NCBI GenBank assembly: GCA_002691045.1
Contig: NZGN01000018.1
Location: forward strand, 14,785-78,784
DNA length: 64,000 bases
Source of the DNA: Marinovum sp.
Lineage (GTDB): Bacteria > Pseudomonadota > Alphaproteobacteria > Rhodobacterales > Rhodobacteraceae
Direction: 5' to 3'
Numbering within the stretch: position 1 is the first letter of the stretch; every line of letters begins with the position of its first letter. This document shows positions 41,359 to 50,654 of this stretch, piece by piece. Under the pieces are notes generated by a model. That model searched no databases, was not told the origin of the DNA, and saw only the letters and a list, made by a program, of their open reading frames with translations. The position numbers were made by a program, and so were the translations under genes.

Positions 41359-42408
41359 ATGGCGAATACTGATAAGGTGCGTGAATTACAATCAAAAGTT
41401 ATGCGAGATATAGCTGCTGGCGCAATAATTCCAATAATGATGATTGGTGACGATCTAGATTTATTTGAAAAACTATACAAACTTGGACCATGTTCATCCG
41501 AAAATTTCTCTAAAAGAATAGACTTGGACCACCGCTACATACGTGAATGGCTACTAGCCCTAAGTGCCGCGGGCTACGTCACTTATGATATTGATACTGA
41601 ATTTTTCAGTATGTCAGATGAACAATACAGTGTTTTAGGAGATGAAAATAGCTCTTCTTTAATGATAGGTGGTTTTGAAAATTTAGTAGGAGCTGTTCAT
41701 AACTACGAAATAATCAAACAAAATTTCAAAACAGGTGAAGGAACAGAATGGGGTTCGCTTCACCCTTGTTGTTTGTCAGGTTCAGCTCGCTTTTTTAAAC
41801 CTGCGTATTCTATTTTTCTTTTAAATAAATGGCTGCCTAGTATAAAAGGTGCGATTGAAACTCTTAAAAACGGAGGTAGTTTTGCTGACATTGGGTGTGG
41901 CTTTGGTCATTCTACCACAATGATTGCTGAAGCATTTCCAAAGTCATCAGTAACGGGAATTGATCCACACGAACAGTCAATAATCGAAGCTCAAAAAATA
42001 GCTAAAAAAAAGAATTTGGAGAATTTATCTTATGAAATTAGTACTGCAGAGTCCTACACAGGAGAGTACGACATAATTTCATTTTTTGATTGTCTCCACG
42101 ATATGGGGGATCCATTAGCAGCAGTTAGTTACGCCAAGACAAAATTAAAAGCCGGAGGAATTTTAATGATTATTGAACCTTTTGCAAACGATGAAGTTTC
42201 CCAAAATTTTAATCTGATAGGTCAAATGTATTACTCTTTTTCTACGATAGCCTGCATACCCGCATCAAAATCCCAAGATGTGGGTATGGCTTTAGGTGCT
42301 CAAGCAGGTCTTGGAAAGTTAACAAGTATTTTAAATCAAGGTGGTTTTTCAAAAGTAGAAATGACCTATAAGACAGCTTCTAATATGGTTATTGAAGCGC
42401 GAATTTAG
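41359..42408 (+). CDS. Class I SAM-dependent methyltransferase with N-terminal winged helix (Rv2258c-like)
   Basis: RYIREWL...AAGYV, DIGCGFG motif I, FDCLHDMGDP and LGAQAG motifs. Confidence 0.88.
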   Translation: MANTDKVRELQSKVMRDIAAGAIIPIMMIGDDLDLFEKLYKLGPCSSENFSKRIDLDHRYIREWLLALSAAGYVTYDIDTEFFSMSDEQYSVLGDENSSSLMIGGFENLVGAVHNYEIIKQNFKTGEGTEWGSLHPCCLSGSARFFKPAYSIFLLNKWLPSIKGAIETLKNGGSFADIGCGFGHSTTMIAEAFPKSSVTGIDPHEQSIIEAQKIAKKKNLENLSYEISTAESYTGEYDIISFFDCLHDMGDPLAAVSYAKTKLKAGGILMIIEPFANDEVSQNFNLIGQMYYSFSTIACIPASKSQDVGMALGAQAGLGKLTSILNQGGFSKVEMTYKTASNMVIEARI

Positions 42409-42420
42409 GTAAATTTTAGC

Positions 42421-42627
42421 ATGGCTGATAGAGGTACAGAAAAATCAAATTTGATAAAAGAAGTAATCAATATAATTATTGGCGGTGCTCTAGTTGGATT
42501 ATTCAGCCTTTTTCTTCTACCTACTAAAGCGATCGAGTATTGGTGGTTGGTTTGGATCGTTTCATCAACTAGTGTTTTAGTTTGGAAATTAATAAGAAAA
42601 CGGGTCAATTTTAGCCAAAAGAAATAG
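42421..42627 (+). CDS. Small hypothetical 2-TM protein
   Basis: 68 aa with two hydrophobic segments and a basic C-terminus, 12 nt after the methyltransferase. Confidence 0.5.
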   Translation: MADRGTEKSNLIKEVINIIIGGALVGLFSLFLLPTKAIEYWWLVWIVSSTSVLVWKLIRKRVNFSQKK

Positions 42628-42718
42628 GAAAATCAGAAATCCTAGCTTACATGGCTTCAATAAATTCAAGGGAATTAATCGACAAATTATATATAGTATT
42701 TATAAAATACCAAAAAAA

Positions 42719-43075
42719 TTAATTCTTTGAAATATCACCTAAATTTCTATTACTACAATCCGCAACTAACTTCATTTTCTTTTTAGCTGCAGCGGCATTA
42801 CCAGAGAAAGTCACATGTTTAACTGATGGTGATAGTTGCAATTGTATCGATGATTTTGTTTTTGTTGGTAATTTTGCAATACCATTTATAAACATAGCAC
42901 TTTTGCCAGTTTCCAAATCACGAACAACAAAATATTTAGAGTCAAGCTGGCACTTATTCACTAAATTGACTTCAGCAATTATTTCCTTATCTGAACCAAA
43001 TAGCCAGGAAAACATACCCTCAGACTTGGCAGTGGTGCCAATCAAAGTTATCAAAATTAAAATTAGTAGCCTCAT
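42719..43075 (-). CDS. Hypothetical exported protein
   Basis: MRLLILILITLIGTTAKS signal peptide, two Cys, no recognised family. Confidence 0.55.
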   Translation of the reverse strand: MRLLILILITLIGTTAKSEGMFSWLFGSDKEIIAEVNLVNKCQLDSKYFVVRDLETGKSAMFINGIAKLPTKTKSSIQLQLSPSVKHVTFSGNAAAAKKKMKLVADCSNRNLGDISKN

Positions 43076-43217
43076 TAAAGCCCCAAAAGTTTGTTTCAGA
43101 ATAGACAATAAGGCAAATCATTCAATGTTTTTGCTTTAGAATACCCATCACAAATTTAATAAAAAAATGTAGAAACGGTGGCCGAAATTTTTGTTGTAAA
43201 TATAACAAATAATGTTT

Positions 43218-43293
<76 letters not shown>

Positions 43294-43351
43294 TTCTTCG
43301 ATGAATTTAGTTTATAAATTTAACAAATGAAAACAATTTAATTTAAACAAA

Positions 43352-43675
43352 TTAACTATCATCTTCGCTTGGCATATCGGCAATTTCCTCTAGAGGAACA
43401 TTATCATCATCATCGTCCTCCTCAAGCAAATCATCACCAAGATCTACGTCTACATCTTCATCGTCCAATTCCACGTCATCCGCATCCAAGTCAGCGGCCT
43501 TATTTCCTTTGGACGACATATCCTCAGCATCAGCAGCGATCATTCTAGTTTTTGAAGTATCCAGCTCAACAACTTCACCAGTATATGGGCTTACAATTGG
43601 ATCCTTGTTTAGATCATAGAATCTTTTGCCAGTAGTAGGACAAATTCTCTTAACACCCCATTCTTCTTTGGGCAT
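43352..43675 (-). CDS. TIGR02300 / FYDLN-acid family protein
   Basis: MPKEEWGVKRICP..GKRFYDLNKDP followed by an acidic tail. Confidence 0.92.
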   Translation of the reverse strand: MPKEEWGVKRICPTTGKRFYDLNKDPIVSPYTGEVVELDTSKTRMIAADAEDMSSKGNKAADLDADDVELDDEDVDVDLGDDLLEEDDDDDNVPLEEIADMPSEDDS

Positions 43676-43799
43676 CTTTATTCCCTTCATCAAAAAATCT
43701 TTAAATCAGTTTGCGCCAACTGCCATATCACGGCGCATATGTCAAAGGCTTTGCTTAAATTATATTGATAAGTTAGGTAAATTGTTAGGGTATGATTTT

Positions 43800-44489
43800 A
43801 TGAAAAAGATATTTCTTAATGGTGAACCAAACTTAGAAATTTTTCTTCGGCGAAATAGCAATTCACGAAGGATGTCGCTTCGCATAAGTGCTTTAGATGG
43901 AAAAATTACACTAACCGGCCCTAGAAATCTCAATTTAGAAGAATTTAAGAAGTTTGCAGAGAGTAAAAAATCCTGGTTAAAGTCTACGATAAATTCGTTC
44001 GATACACCAGTTTTTGTGTCAGAGGGGGCTAAGATTCCAATCTTAGGTGACAAGACCTTAATTTCCTTAAGTAACGTAAAAAAGCCGAAAAAAGAAGGAA
44101 GTATTTTATACGTAAATTCCCACAAAGCTGTTGCAAGCCAAGTCAAAAAATATCTAACCGAAATTTGTAAAATCCATCTTGGTTATATTTGCAATGAATT
44201 TGCAGAAAGACTTGGTGAAAAGTTTGATAAAATGAGTTTACGGGACACACGCTCGCGTTGGGGATCTTGCTCTAGTGATGCTAACCTTATGTTTTCATGG
44301 CGCTTAATAATGGCACCAGAAGATATTTTAGCGTATGTAGCGGCCCATGAAGTCGCACACTTAAAATACATGAACCATTCAAAAGAATTTTGGGAAACAG
44401 TCGAATACCTATTCGGACCTTATCATAAGGAGAGAGCTTGGCTTAGAAAGAATGGTTCTTCGTTACACCGTTATAGATTTCAAAGTTGA
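43800..44489 (+). CDS. YgjP/DUF45 (SprT-like, M48-annotated) zinc metallohydrolase
   Basis: RSRWGSCS, YVAAHEVAHL..MNHS..FW (HExxH) motifs. Confidence 0.88.
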   Translation: MKKIFLNGEPNLEIFLRRNSNSRRMSLRISALDGKITLTGPRNLNLEEFKKFAESKKSWLKSTINSFDTPVFVSEGAKIPILGDKTLISLSNVKKPKKEGSILYVNSHKAVASQVKKYLTEICKIHLGYICNEFAERLGEKFDKMSLRDTRSRWGSCSSDANLMFSWRLIMAPEDILAYVAAHEVAHLKYMNHSKEFWETVEYLFGPYHKERAWLRKNGSSLHRYRFQS

Positions 44490-44502
44490 CGGAGCGCTAT
44501 TT

Positions 44503-44512
44503 TTGTGATCAC
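44503..44512. promoter_or_regulatory. Probable autoregulatory GntR operator
   Basis: TTGTGATCAC (palindromic core GTGATCAC) 8 nt before the GntR ATG, at the expected -10 position downstream of TTGACG (44486). Confidence 0.5.
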
Positions 44513-44520
44513 GAACAGAT

Positions 44521-45168
44521 ATGAATATAGATGGAAAAAAAGAACCAAATCAATCAGCCCATGATTTTGTGTATAAAGGCCTTCGTACAAGAATAATGCA
44601 TGGCGAAATTCTTCCAGCAACATCTATGACTTTAAGAGGAATAGGAAAGGAATATTCTGTTTCAATGACACCAGCTCGAGAAGCTGTGCGCCGACTGATT
44701 GCTGAAGGCGCGCTAATGCTATCCCCATCTGGTCGGGTTTCAACACCTGAGCTAACGCATGATAGAATAGAAGAATTAGCTTCGATGCGGTCTTTAATAG
44801 AAGTAGAGCTTGCTAGTAGAGCTCTGCCAAGAGCGCACATAGCTCTAATAGACAGATTAAAAACAATAAATGCCGCTGTTTCTCAAGCAATCGTGTCTCA
44901 CGACCCCGTCTCCTATATTAAAACTAACTTAGAATTCCATAGAATGCTTTATTTGAGAGCTCAAGCACCAGCCATGCTTGCTATAGCTGAAACCGTATGG
45001 CTTCAATTAGGACCAACAATGCGGGCGCTTTATGACAAGCTAAACCGCAAAGAGCCTCCGCACACTCATACAGCAATTATAGCTGCACTTTCTGCTGGAG
45101 ATGAGCCTGGTTTACGATTAGCGGTTAGATCAGATGTCACACATGGTTTGAGGCACTTACTAAAATAA
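44521..45168 (+). CDS. GntR family transcriptional regulator (FCD domain)
   Basis: VSMTPAREAVRRL.AEGAL wHTH and N.EFH..LY motif. Confidence 0.9.
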   Translation: MNIDGKKEPNQSAHDFVYKGLRTRIMHGEILPATSMTLRGIGKEYSVSMTPAREAVRRLIAEGALMLSPSGRVSTPELTHDRIEELASMRSLIEVELASRALPRAHIALIDRLKTINAAVSQAIVSHDPVSYIKTNLEFHRMLYLRAQAPAMLAIAETVWLQLGPTMRALYDKLNRKEPPHTHTAIIAALSAGDEPGLRLAVRSDVTHGLRHLLK

Positions 45169-45169
45169 G

Positions 45170-46132
45170 CTACGCCACAAGCCCTTTTTCACCCAATTTC
45201 AAAAATTTTTTTCGACGCTCGCTTATAAGATCTTTTGGCTTTTTTGATTTCAACGAAGAAAGCATTGAAGCAATGGCTGATTTAACAGCGTCAATTGCCT
45301 GCTCAGGGTCTCTGTGAGCACCGCCTACAGGTTCTGCAATGATCTGATCGCTAATTCCCAGAGAGTACAGATCATCTGCTGTCAATCTCAGAGCCTCAGC
45401 CGCTTCACGCATTTTCTCTGCATCTTTCCATAAAATAGACGCACAGCCTTCCGGACTAATAACTGAATAAACAGAGTGTTCAAGCATCGCCACTTTATTT
45501 GCTGTTGCGAAAGCTACGGCTCCTCCAGATCCACCTTCGCCAATAATAACACTTATAAGAGGCACACCAATTTGAAGGCATTTTTCCGTTGATCGTGCAA
45601 TTGCTTCTGATTGACCCCTTTCTTCTGCACCTTTACCCGGATATGCCCCAGGCGTATCTACCAGAGTTATAACTGGCAGACCAAACTTATCAGCTAAATC
45701 CATTAAACGGATAGCTTTTCGATATCCTTCCGGTCGCGCCATACCAAAATTACGCTCTATACGGCTTTTCGTATCGCTTCCTTTTTCGTGCCCTATAACC
45801 ACGACAGGTTTGTCACCAAAACGAGCAAGTCCACCAATTACTGCTTGATCATCTGCAAAGTTCCTATCTCCAGCTAGCGGCACAAACTCAGAGAAAAGGG
45901 CTTTAATATAATCTTTACAATGAGGCCTTTCGGGGTGTCGAGCAATCTGACATTTTCTCCAAGGTGTTAAATTCTTATATAAATCAACTAAAATCTCTTG
46001 GGCCTTCAAATCTAAGTTTTCTGCCTCTTTTTCAACATCCATCTCCTCATTTTGACGCGCCATAGCTCTCAATTCCTCTGCCTTACCTTCAATTTCAGCT
46101 AAGGGCTTTTCAAAGTCTAAATAGTGCGCCAT
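45170..46132 (-). CDS. accA: Acetyl-CoA carboxylase carboxyltransferase alpha subunit
   Basis: [34 protein letters not shown] and [14 protein letters not shown] motifs. Confidence 0.97.
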   Translation of the reverse strand: MAHYLDFEKPLAEIEGKAEELRAMARQNEEMDVEKEAENLDLKAQEILVDLYKNLTPWRKCQIARHPERPHCKDYIKALFSEFVPLAGDRNFADDQAVIGGLARFGDKPVVVIGHEKGSDTKSRIERNFGMARPEGYRKAIRLMDLADKFGLPVITLVDTPGAYPGKGAEERGQSEAIARSTEKCLQIGVPLISVIIGEGGSGGAVAFATANKVAMLEHSVYSVISPEGCASILWKDAEKMREAAEALRLTADDLYSLGISDQIIAEPVGGAHRDPEQAIDAVKSAIASMLSSLKSKKPKDLISERRKKFLKLGEKGLVA

Positions 46133-46239
46133 TTATTTCTCCAAATTTAAGAGATGTTTAACAGTATTTGATTATAATTTTTTTATTTCAGTCATTCCAC
46201 CAACTTTTGATAGAATTTTGCTAAAAGTTTTCAAATTCG

Positions 46240-47199
46240 TTAGTTGCTTTCTATTAAGTTTGCCAATTTTACCAAAATTTCAGCTTGCTTAATCGAAGCA
46301 ATATCGATCATGCGACCCTTGAAAACAGTTGCGCCATCGCCGTTTTTTGCGGCTTCATTCATAGCATTCATAATTTCTTTTGCTTCATTTATTGCAGAAG
46401 GTGTGGGTGTAAACACTTCATTAGCTAATTCGACTTGATTAGGATGAATTGCCCACTTTCCAACCATTCCCAAAGCGGCAGCCCTTTTCGCTTCAGCAAA
46501 AAATCCATCACGGTCTGAAAAATCTCCATATGGACCATCGACTGGCAACACGCCATTTGTTCTGCAGGCTGCAACTAACGAAGCTTGAGCCCAATGCCAT
46601 GGGTTCGACCAATACTTTTGACCACCATGATACATATAGTAACCTTCCTGGGTCCCTCCAATGCCTGTGGTTGCCATACCCATTGAAGCCGCAAAATCCG
46701 CGGCTCCCAAAGCCATTGATTCTATTCTACTGCTTGAGCGGGCTATGTCATTTACGTTGGTTATGCCCGCAGCACTTTCAATTATTATTTCGAAGCCAAC
46801 CTTTTTTGAACGCGCAGCTGCTTTTTCAACAGCAGATACAAGAGAATCTACTGCATAAACATCGGCCGCACAGCCCACCTTCGGTATAGTGAAATTATCC
46901 AATCTTTCAGAGCAATTCTCCAATAAATCTATTGTATCTCGATACCAGTATGGGGTGTCTAAGCTGTTGATCCGAACTGAAACAGTTTTATTTTTCCAGT
47001 CTATATCATTTATAGCCTGAATTACATTCAACCGGGCTTTTTCTTTATCTCCAGGAGAAACAGAGTCTTCCAAATCTAAGTTGATTACATCTGCGGTACT
47101 ATTGGCCATCTTTTCAAAAATTTGTGGCCGTGAACCAGGTCCAAATAACTGGCACCTGTTTAAACGGGCGACAGGAGTTGGTTGTATTTGAAAAGACAT
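46240..47199 (-). CDS. mcl1: L-malyl-CoA/beta-methylmalyl-CoA lyase
   Basis: MSF..QP....R.NRCQLFGPGSRP, DLEDSV, MGM.TTGIGGTQE.YYM and GKWAIHP closely follow R. sphaeroides Mcl1 (ethylmalonyl-CoA pathway). Confidence 0.9.
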   Translation of the reverse strand: MSFQIQPTPVARLNRCQLFGPGSRPQIFEKMANSTADVINLDLEDSVSPGDKEKARLNVIQAINDIDWKNKTVSVRINSLDTPYWYRDTIDLLENCSERLDNFTIPKVGCAADVYAVDSLVSAVEKAAARSKKVGFEIIIESAAGITNVNDIARSSSRIESMALGAADFAASMGMATTGIGGTQEGYYMYHGGQKYWSNPWHWAQASLVAACRTNGVLPVDGPYGDFSDRDGFFAEAKRAAALGMVGKWAIHPNQVELANEVFTPTPSAINEAKEIMNAMNEAAKNGDGATVFKGRMIDIASIKQAEILVKLANLIESN

Positions 47200-47403
47200 G
47201 TTTATGGCCCTAATTTAAAGATTTTAAGCAAACTAGAAGTGATCATTTGTTATTTAGTACGAATGGTTTTTTCAAGACAAACTTAGAAACATTAAAGAAG
47301 CACATTTAAGATAACTTCAAAGATTTGTAGCGTTATAATTAGACAAAACTTACATAAATTAAAATATTCTTTTATCAAACTACTTTTAATTAAAAGAATC
47401 ATG

Positions 47404-47443
47404 CAAAAAAGAGAGAGTTTTAACAAAAAAAAGAGAGTTTTAA
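47404..47443. repeat. 20-bp tandem direct repeat upstream of dgcN
   Basis: CAAAAAAGAGAGAGTTTTAA followed by CAAAAAAAAGAGAGTTTTAA (19/20 identical). Confidence 0.7.
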
Positions 47444-47487
47444 AATTTATCTGAGGTATTCTAGTTGGATAAAGAGGAGATAAAAAA

Positions 47488-48492
47488 GTGATTCCTACAC
47501 CATATTTACTTTTTCTAGGTGATGCACCAGATCAACTATCTGCCAAAGTAGCCCAAGGAATAAAAGATTGGCGGCCTGAAAACGCTGTAGGCCAGCTTCG
47601 CATGCCTGGTTGCAATGCCGATTTAAATATAGAAGATCTTACTTTAGAGCAGGCTTTTGAAAAAGGCGCCCGAACGATGGTAATCGGCGTGGCAAATCGA
47701 GGCGGCTACATCTCCGAAGCGTGGAAAGTAATATTAATTGAAGCCCTTAAAACAGGTTTTGATTTGGCCAGCGGCCTGCATAATCTCTTACGCGATGAAC
47801 CCGATTTAGTTACTCATGCTAAAAAATATGGTCGCCGCCTTCATGACGTTCGAATTCCGAACGTAGAATACCCTATTGCAAATGGAAAGAAACGTAGTGG
47901 CAAAAGATGCCTTGCGGTAGGTACAGATTGCTCTGCGGGAAAAATGTATACTGCAATGGCAATGGACAGACTGATGCAAGAAAGAGGTATGAAGTCAACC
48001 TTTCGAGCGACAGGTCAAACAGGAATATTAATTACGGGTAATGGAGTACCATTAGACGCAGTGATAGCTGACTTTATGGCTGGTTCAATAGAATACCTCA
48101 CACCTGATAATGATGAAGACCACTGGGATTTAATTGAAGGGCAAGGAAGTTTGTTTCATGTGTCTTACTCAGGTGTAACAATGGCACTTGTCCATGGCGG
48201 TCAACCAGACGCTTTAATACTTTGTCATGAACCAACGAGGAAACATATGAGGGGATTACCTGAATACAGTTTGCCTAGCCTAAAGAATCTAAATGACACT
48301 GCACTCCACCTGGCAAAGGTCGCAAACCCAAACTGTAAGGTTGTTGGAGTTTCGGTTAACACTCAGAATATGGAAGAACAGGAAGCTAAAGCCTATCTTT
48401 CATCGATAGAAAAAGAGCTGAATTTACCTGCAACTGATCCGTTTAGATTTGGAGCAGATAAGTTGGTCGACGCTTTGGCAAATATTAGTTGA
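47488..48492 (+). CDS. dgcN: DUF1611 family D-glutamate N-acetyltransferase DgcN
   Basis: PYLLFLGD, ASGLH, VGTDCS.GKMYT, ATGQTG, DF.AG and EGQGSL motifs. Confidence 0.85.
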   Translation: MIPTPYLLFLGDAPDQLSAKVAQGIKDWRPENAVGQLRMPGCNADLNIEDLTLEQAFEKGARTMVIGVANRGGYISEAWKVILIEALKTGFDLASGLHNLLRDEPDLVTHAKKYGRRLHDVRIPNVEYPIANGKKRSGKRCLAVGTDCSAGKMYTAMAMDRLMQERGMKSTFRATGQTGILITGNGVPLDAVIADFMAGSIEYLTPDNDEDHWDLIEGQGSLFHVSYSGVTMALVHGGQPDALILCHEPTRKHMRGLPEYSLPSLKNLNDTALHLAKVANPNCKVVGVSVNTQNMEEQEAKAYLSSIEKELNLPATDPFRFGADKLVDALANIS

Positions 48493-48520
48493 GTCATTTA
48501 ATTAAATTAGGTTTCATATT

Positions 48521-49483
48521 GTGATCCAAGCTAAAGTTGAAATTTTTCCACTTGCTCAGGTCTTTAGGATATCTAGAGGCGCTAGAACTCAAGCTGAAGT
48601 TGTAACCGTTATCTACGAAAAAGATGGTATTATTGGTCGTGGGGAATGTGTTCCCTATGCTCGCTACAATGAAACTTTGGAAAGCGTTACTAAACAAATA
48701 GAAGACTTACCAGACAATATTAACAAAGAGACTCTGCAACAAACTGTACCCCCTGGAGCCGCCCGAAATGCTGTAGACTGCGCACTGTGGGATTTTGAAT
48801 GTAAAAAACTAGACCAAAGAATTTGGGAAACAGCGAATGTTCAGAAACCTGAGAAAATTATAACTGCTTATACTCTTTCATTAGACGAGCCTGAAAATAT
48901 GTTCAAGCAGGCAGAAAAAAATTCAAATAGGCCACTACTGAAAATCAAATTGGGAACACCAAATGATATGCCTCGCCTCGAAGCTGTTAGAAAAGGCGCT
49001 CCAAACTCAGAGATTATAGTCGATGCAAATGAAGGTTGGGATGCAGAAGTTTATTCACAACTTGCGCCTCAGTTAGTTAGACTTGGGGTCAAATTAGTTG
49101 AGCAACCTCTTCCAGCAGATAAAGACGACGATCTTATTGGGCTTCCTCGCCCACTCCCAATATGTGCTGACGAAAGTTGTCATGATCGAAAAAGTTTAGA
49201 AAAATTAATTGGAAAGTATGACTTTGTTAATATCAAGTTAGACAAAACTGGTGGATTGACTGAGGCATTACTTCTAAAAAATAAAGCTTTGGAGGCTGGC
49301 TTCAAAATTATGGTTGGCTGCATGGTGGGAAGTTCTCTTGCAATGGCACCGGCAACGCTGATTGCACAAAACGCGACATTTGTAGACCTTGACGGTCCTC
49401 TGCTGCTGGCGCAAGACAGACAACATGGTCTTTTATATGATGAAAGTTGGGTTCATCCTCCTGTAAAAGATCTCTGGGGCTAA
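48521..49483 (+). CDS. dgcA: Enolase-superfamily N-acetyl-D-glutamate racemase / dipeptide epimerase DgcA
   Basis: F.ISRG, GECVPY.RY, LKIKL, VDANEGW, EQP, DES, NIKLDKTGGLTE, MVGCM and DLDGP motifs. Confidence 0.85.
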   Translation: MIQAKVEIFPLAQVFRISRGARTQAEVVTVIYEKDGIIGRGECVPYARYNETLESVTKQIEDLPDNINKETLQQTVPPGAARNAVDCALWDFECKKLDQRIWETANVQKPEKIITAYTLSLDEPENMFKQAEKNSNRPLLKIKLGTPNDMPRLEAVRKGAPNSEIIVDANEGWDAEVYSQLAPQLVRLGVKLVEQPLPADKDDDLIGLPRPLPICADESCHDRKSLEKLIGKYDFVNIKLDKTGGLTEALLLKNKALEAGFKIMVGCMVGSSLAMAPATLIAQNATFVDLDGPLLLAQDRQHGLLYDESWVHPPVKDLWG

Positions 49484-49497
49484 TAAAGGAGCAGTGC

Positions 49498-50361
49498 ATG
49501 ACCAGAACAGTTTATCTCAATGGTGAATACGTTTTAGAAAATGAAGCAAAAATATCAGTTTTTGATAGAGGATTTCTGATGGCTGACGCGGTCTATGAAG
49601 TGACATCAGTTTTAGATGGAAAACTTATTGATTTCAAAGGGCATGCCAAGAGACTCAATAGATCCCTTGATGAATTAGATATGAAAAACCCCATATCCTA
49701 TAAAGAACTTTTAGCGGTCCACAGAGAGCTCGTCCATGTAAATAATATTGATGAAGGCTTGGTTTATCTACAGATATCACGCGGAGCTCCATCCGACCGA
49801 GATTTCGTATATCCCAATCCAGATGAAACGGATCCAACAGTGGTATTATTTACGCAAAACAAACCAGGTTTAGCAAATAGCACATTGGCTAATAAAGGGG
49901 TTAAAATTATTAGTATTGATGACGAAAGGTGGGGAAGGCGCGATATCAAAACTGTTCAACTATTATATCCTTCTATGGGCAAAATGATGGCTAAGAAAGT
50001 CGGCGCTGATGACGCTTGGATGGTTCAAGACGGGTACGTTACTGAAGGAACCTCAAACAACGCCTACATTATAAAAAATAACAAAATAATCACCCGAGGT
50101 CTTTCGACTGATATCTTGCACGGCATCACTAGGGCAGCTGTTTTAAGGTTTGCAAAAGAGGCTCAAATGCAGGTTGAAGAGCGTAATTTCACTCTTGATG
50201 AGGCATATGAGGCAGATGAAGCCTTCATAACCTCTGCAAGTACTTTTGTTATGCCAGTAATAGAAATTGATGGGAATAAAATTGGTCAAGGCGTACCCGG
50301 ATCCAACTCCTCCCAATTAAGAGAAATTTATCTGGAAGAAAGCAAAAAGGTAGCAATTTAG
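49498..50361 (+). CDS. dat: D-amino-acid transaminase (PLP fold IV)
   Basis: DRGFL.AD.VYEV, RW.RRDIKT.QLL, TEG.SNN, IL.GITR and EAF.TSA motifs. ATG follows AAGGAG. Confidence 0.88.
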   Translation: MTRTVYLNGEYVLENEAKISVFDRGFLMADAVYEVTSVLDGKLIDFKGHAKRLNRSLDELDMKNPISYKELLAVHRELVHVNNIDEGLVYLQISRGAPSDRDFVYPNPDETDPTVVLFTQNKPGLANSTLANKGVKIISIDDERWGRRDIKTVQLLYPSMGKMMAKKVGADDAWMVQDGYVTEGTSNNAYIIKNNKIITRGLSTDILHGITRAAVLRFAKEAQMQVEERNFTLDEAYEADEAFITSASTFVMPVIEIDGNKIGQGVPGSNSSQLREIYLEESKKVAI

Positions 50362-50422
50362 CAAAGGTAAATAGATATCACGGTTTCAGTTCTTGTCAGA
50401 AACAAAAAGGTATACTACAGTC

Positions 50423-50580
50423 GACATGACACGATGGGAGAACTGCATTGCAGTGCCGAAGGAGCAACCGCCCCCGGAAACTCTCAGGCAAAAGGACCGT
50501 CGTGACGAATAACTCTGGAGAGTGGTGCAAAACGCACCCGCCGAAGGGATAACGATCTCAGGCAAAAGGACAGAGGGGGC
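50423..50580 (+). ncRNA. Tandem glycine riboswitch
   Basis: Two aptamers, each GGAGA...CCGAAGG...CTCAGGCAAAAGGAC, directly upstream of gcvT. Confidence 0.95.
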
Positions 50581-50654
50581 ATCTAGAAGCTTGCACATCT
50601 GTGCGAGGAAATAGGTGCCGGGTTTTCGTAATTCCGGCGAGAGGAAAGACGAAA

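Noticed and set aside
43352-43500. Repetitive TCATC-rich sequence as a possible repeat array or CRISPR
   Set aside because: It is the codon pattern of the Asp/Glu-rich tail of the TIGR02300 protein, with no repeat-spacer structure.
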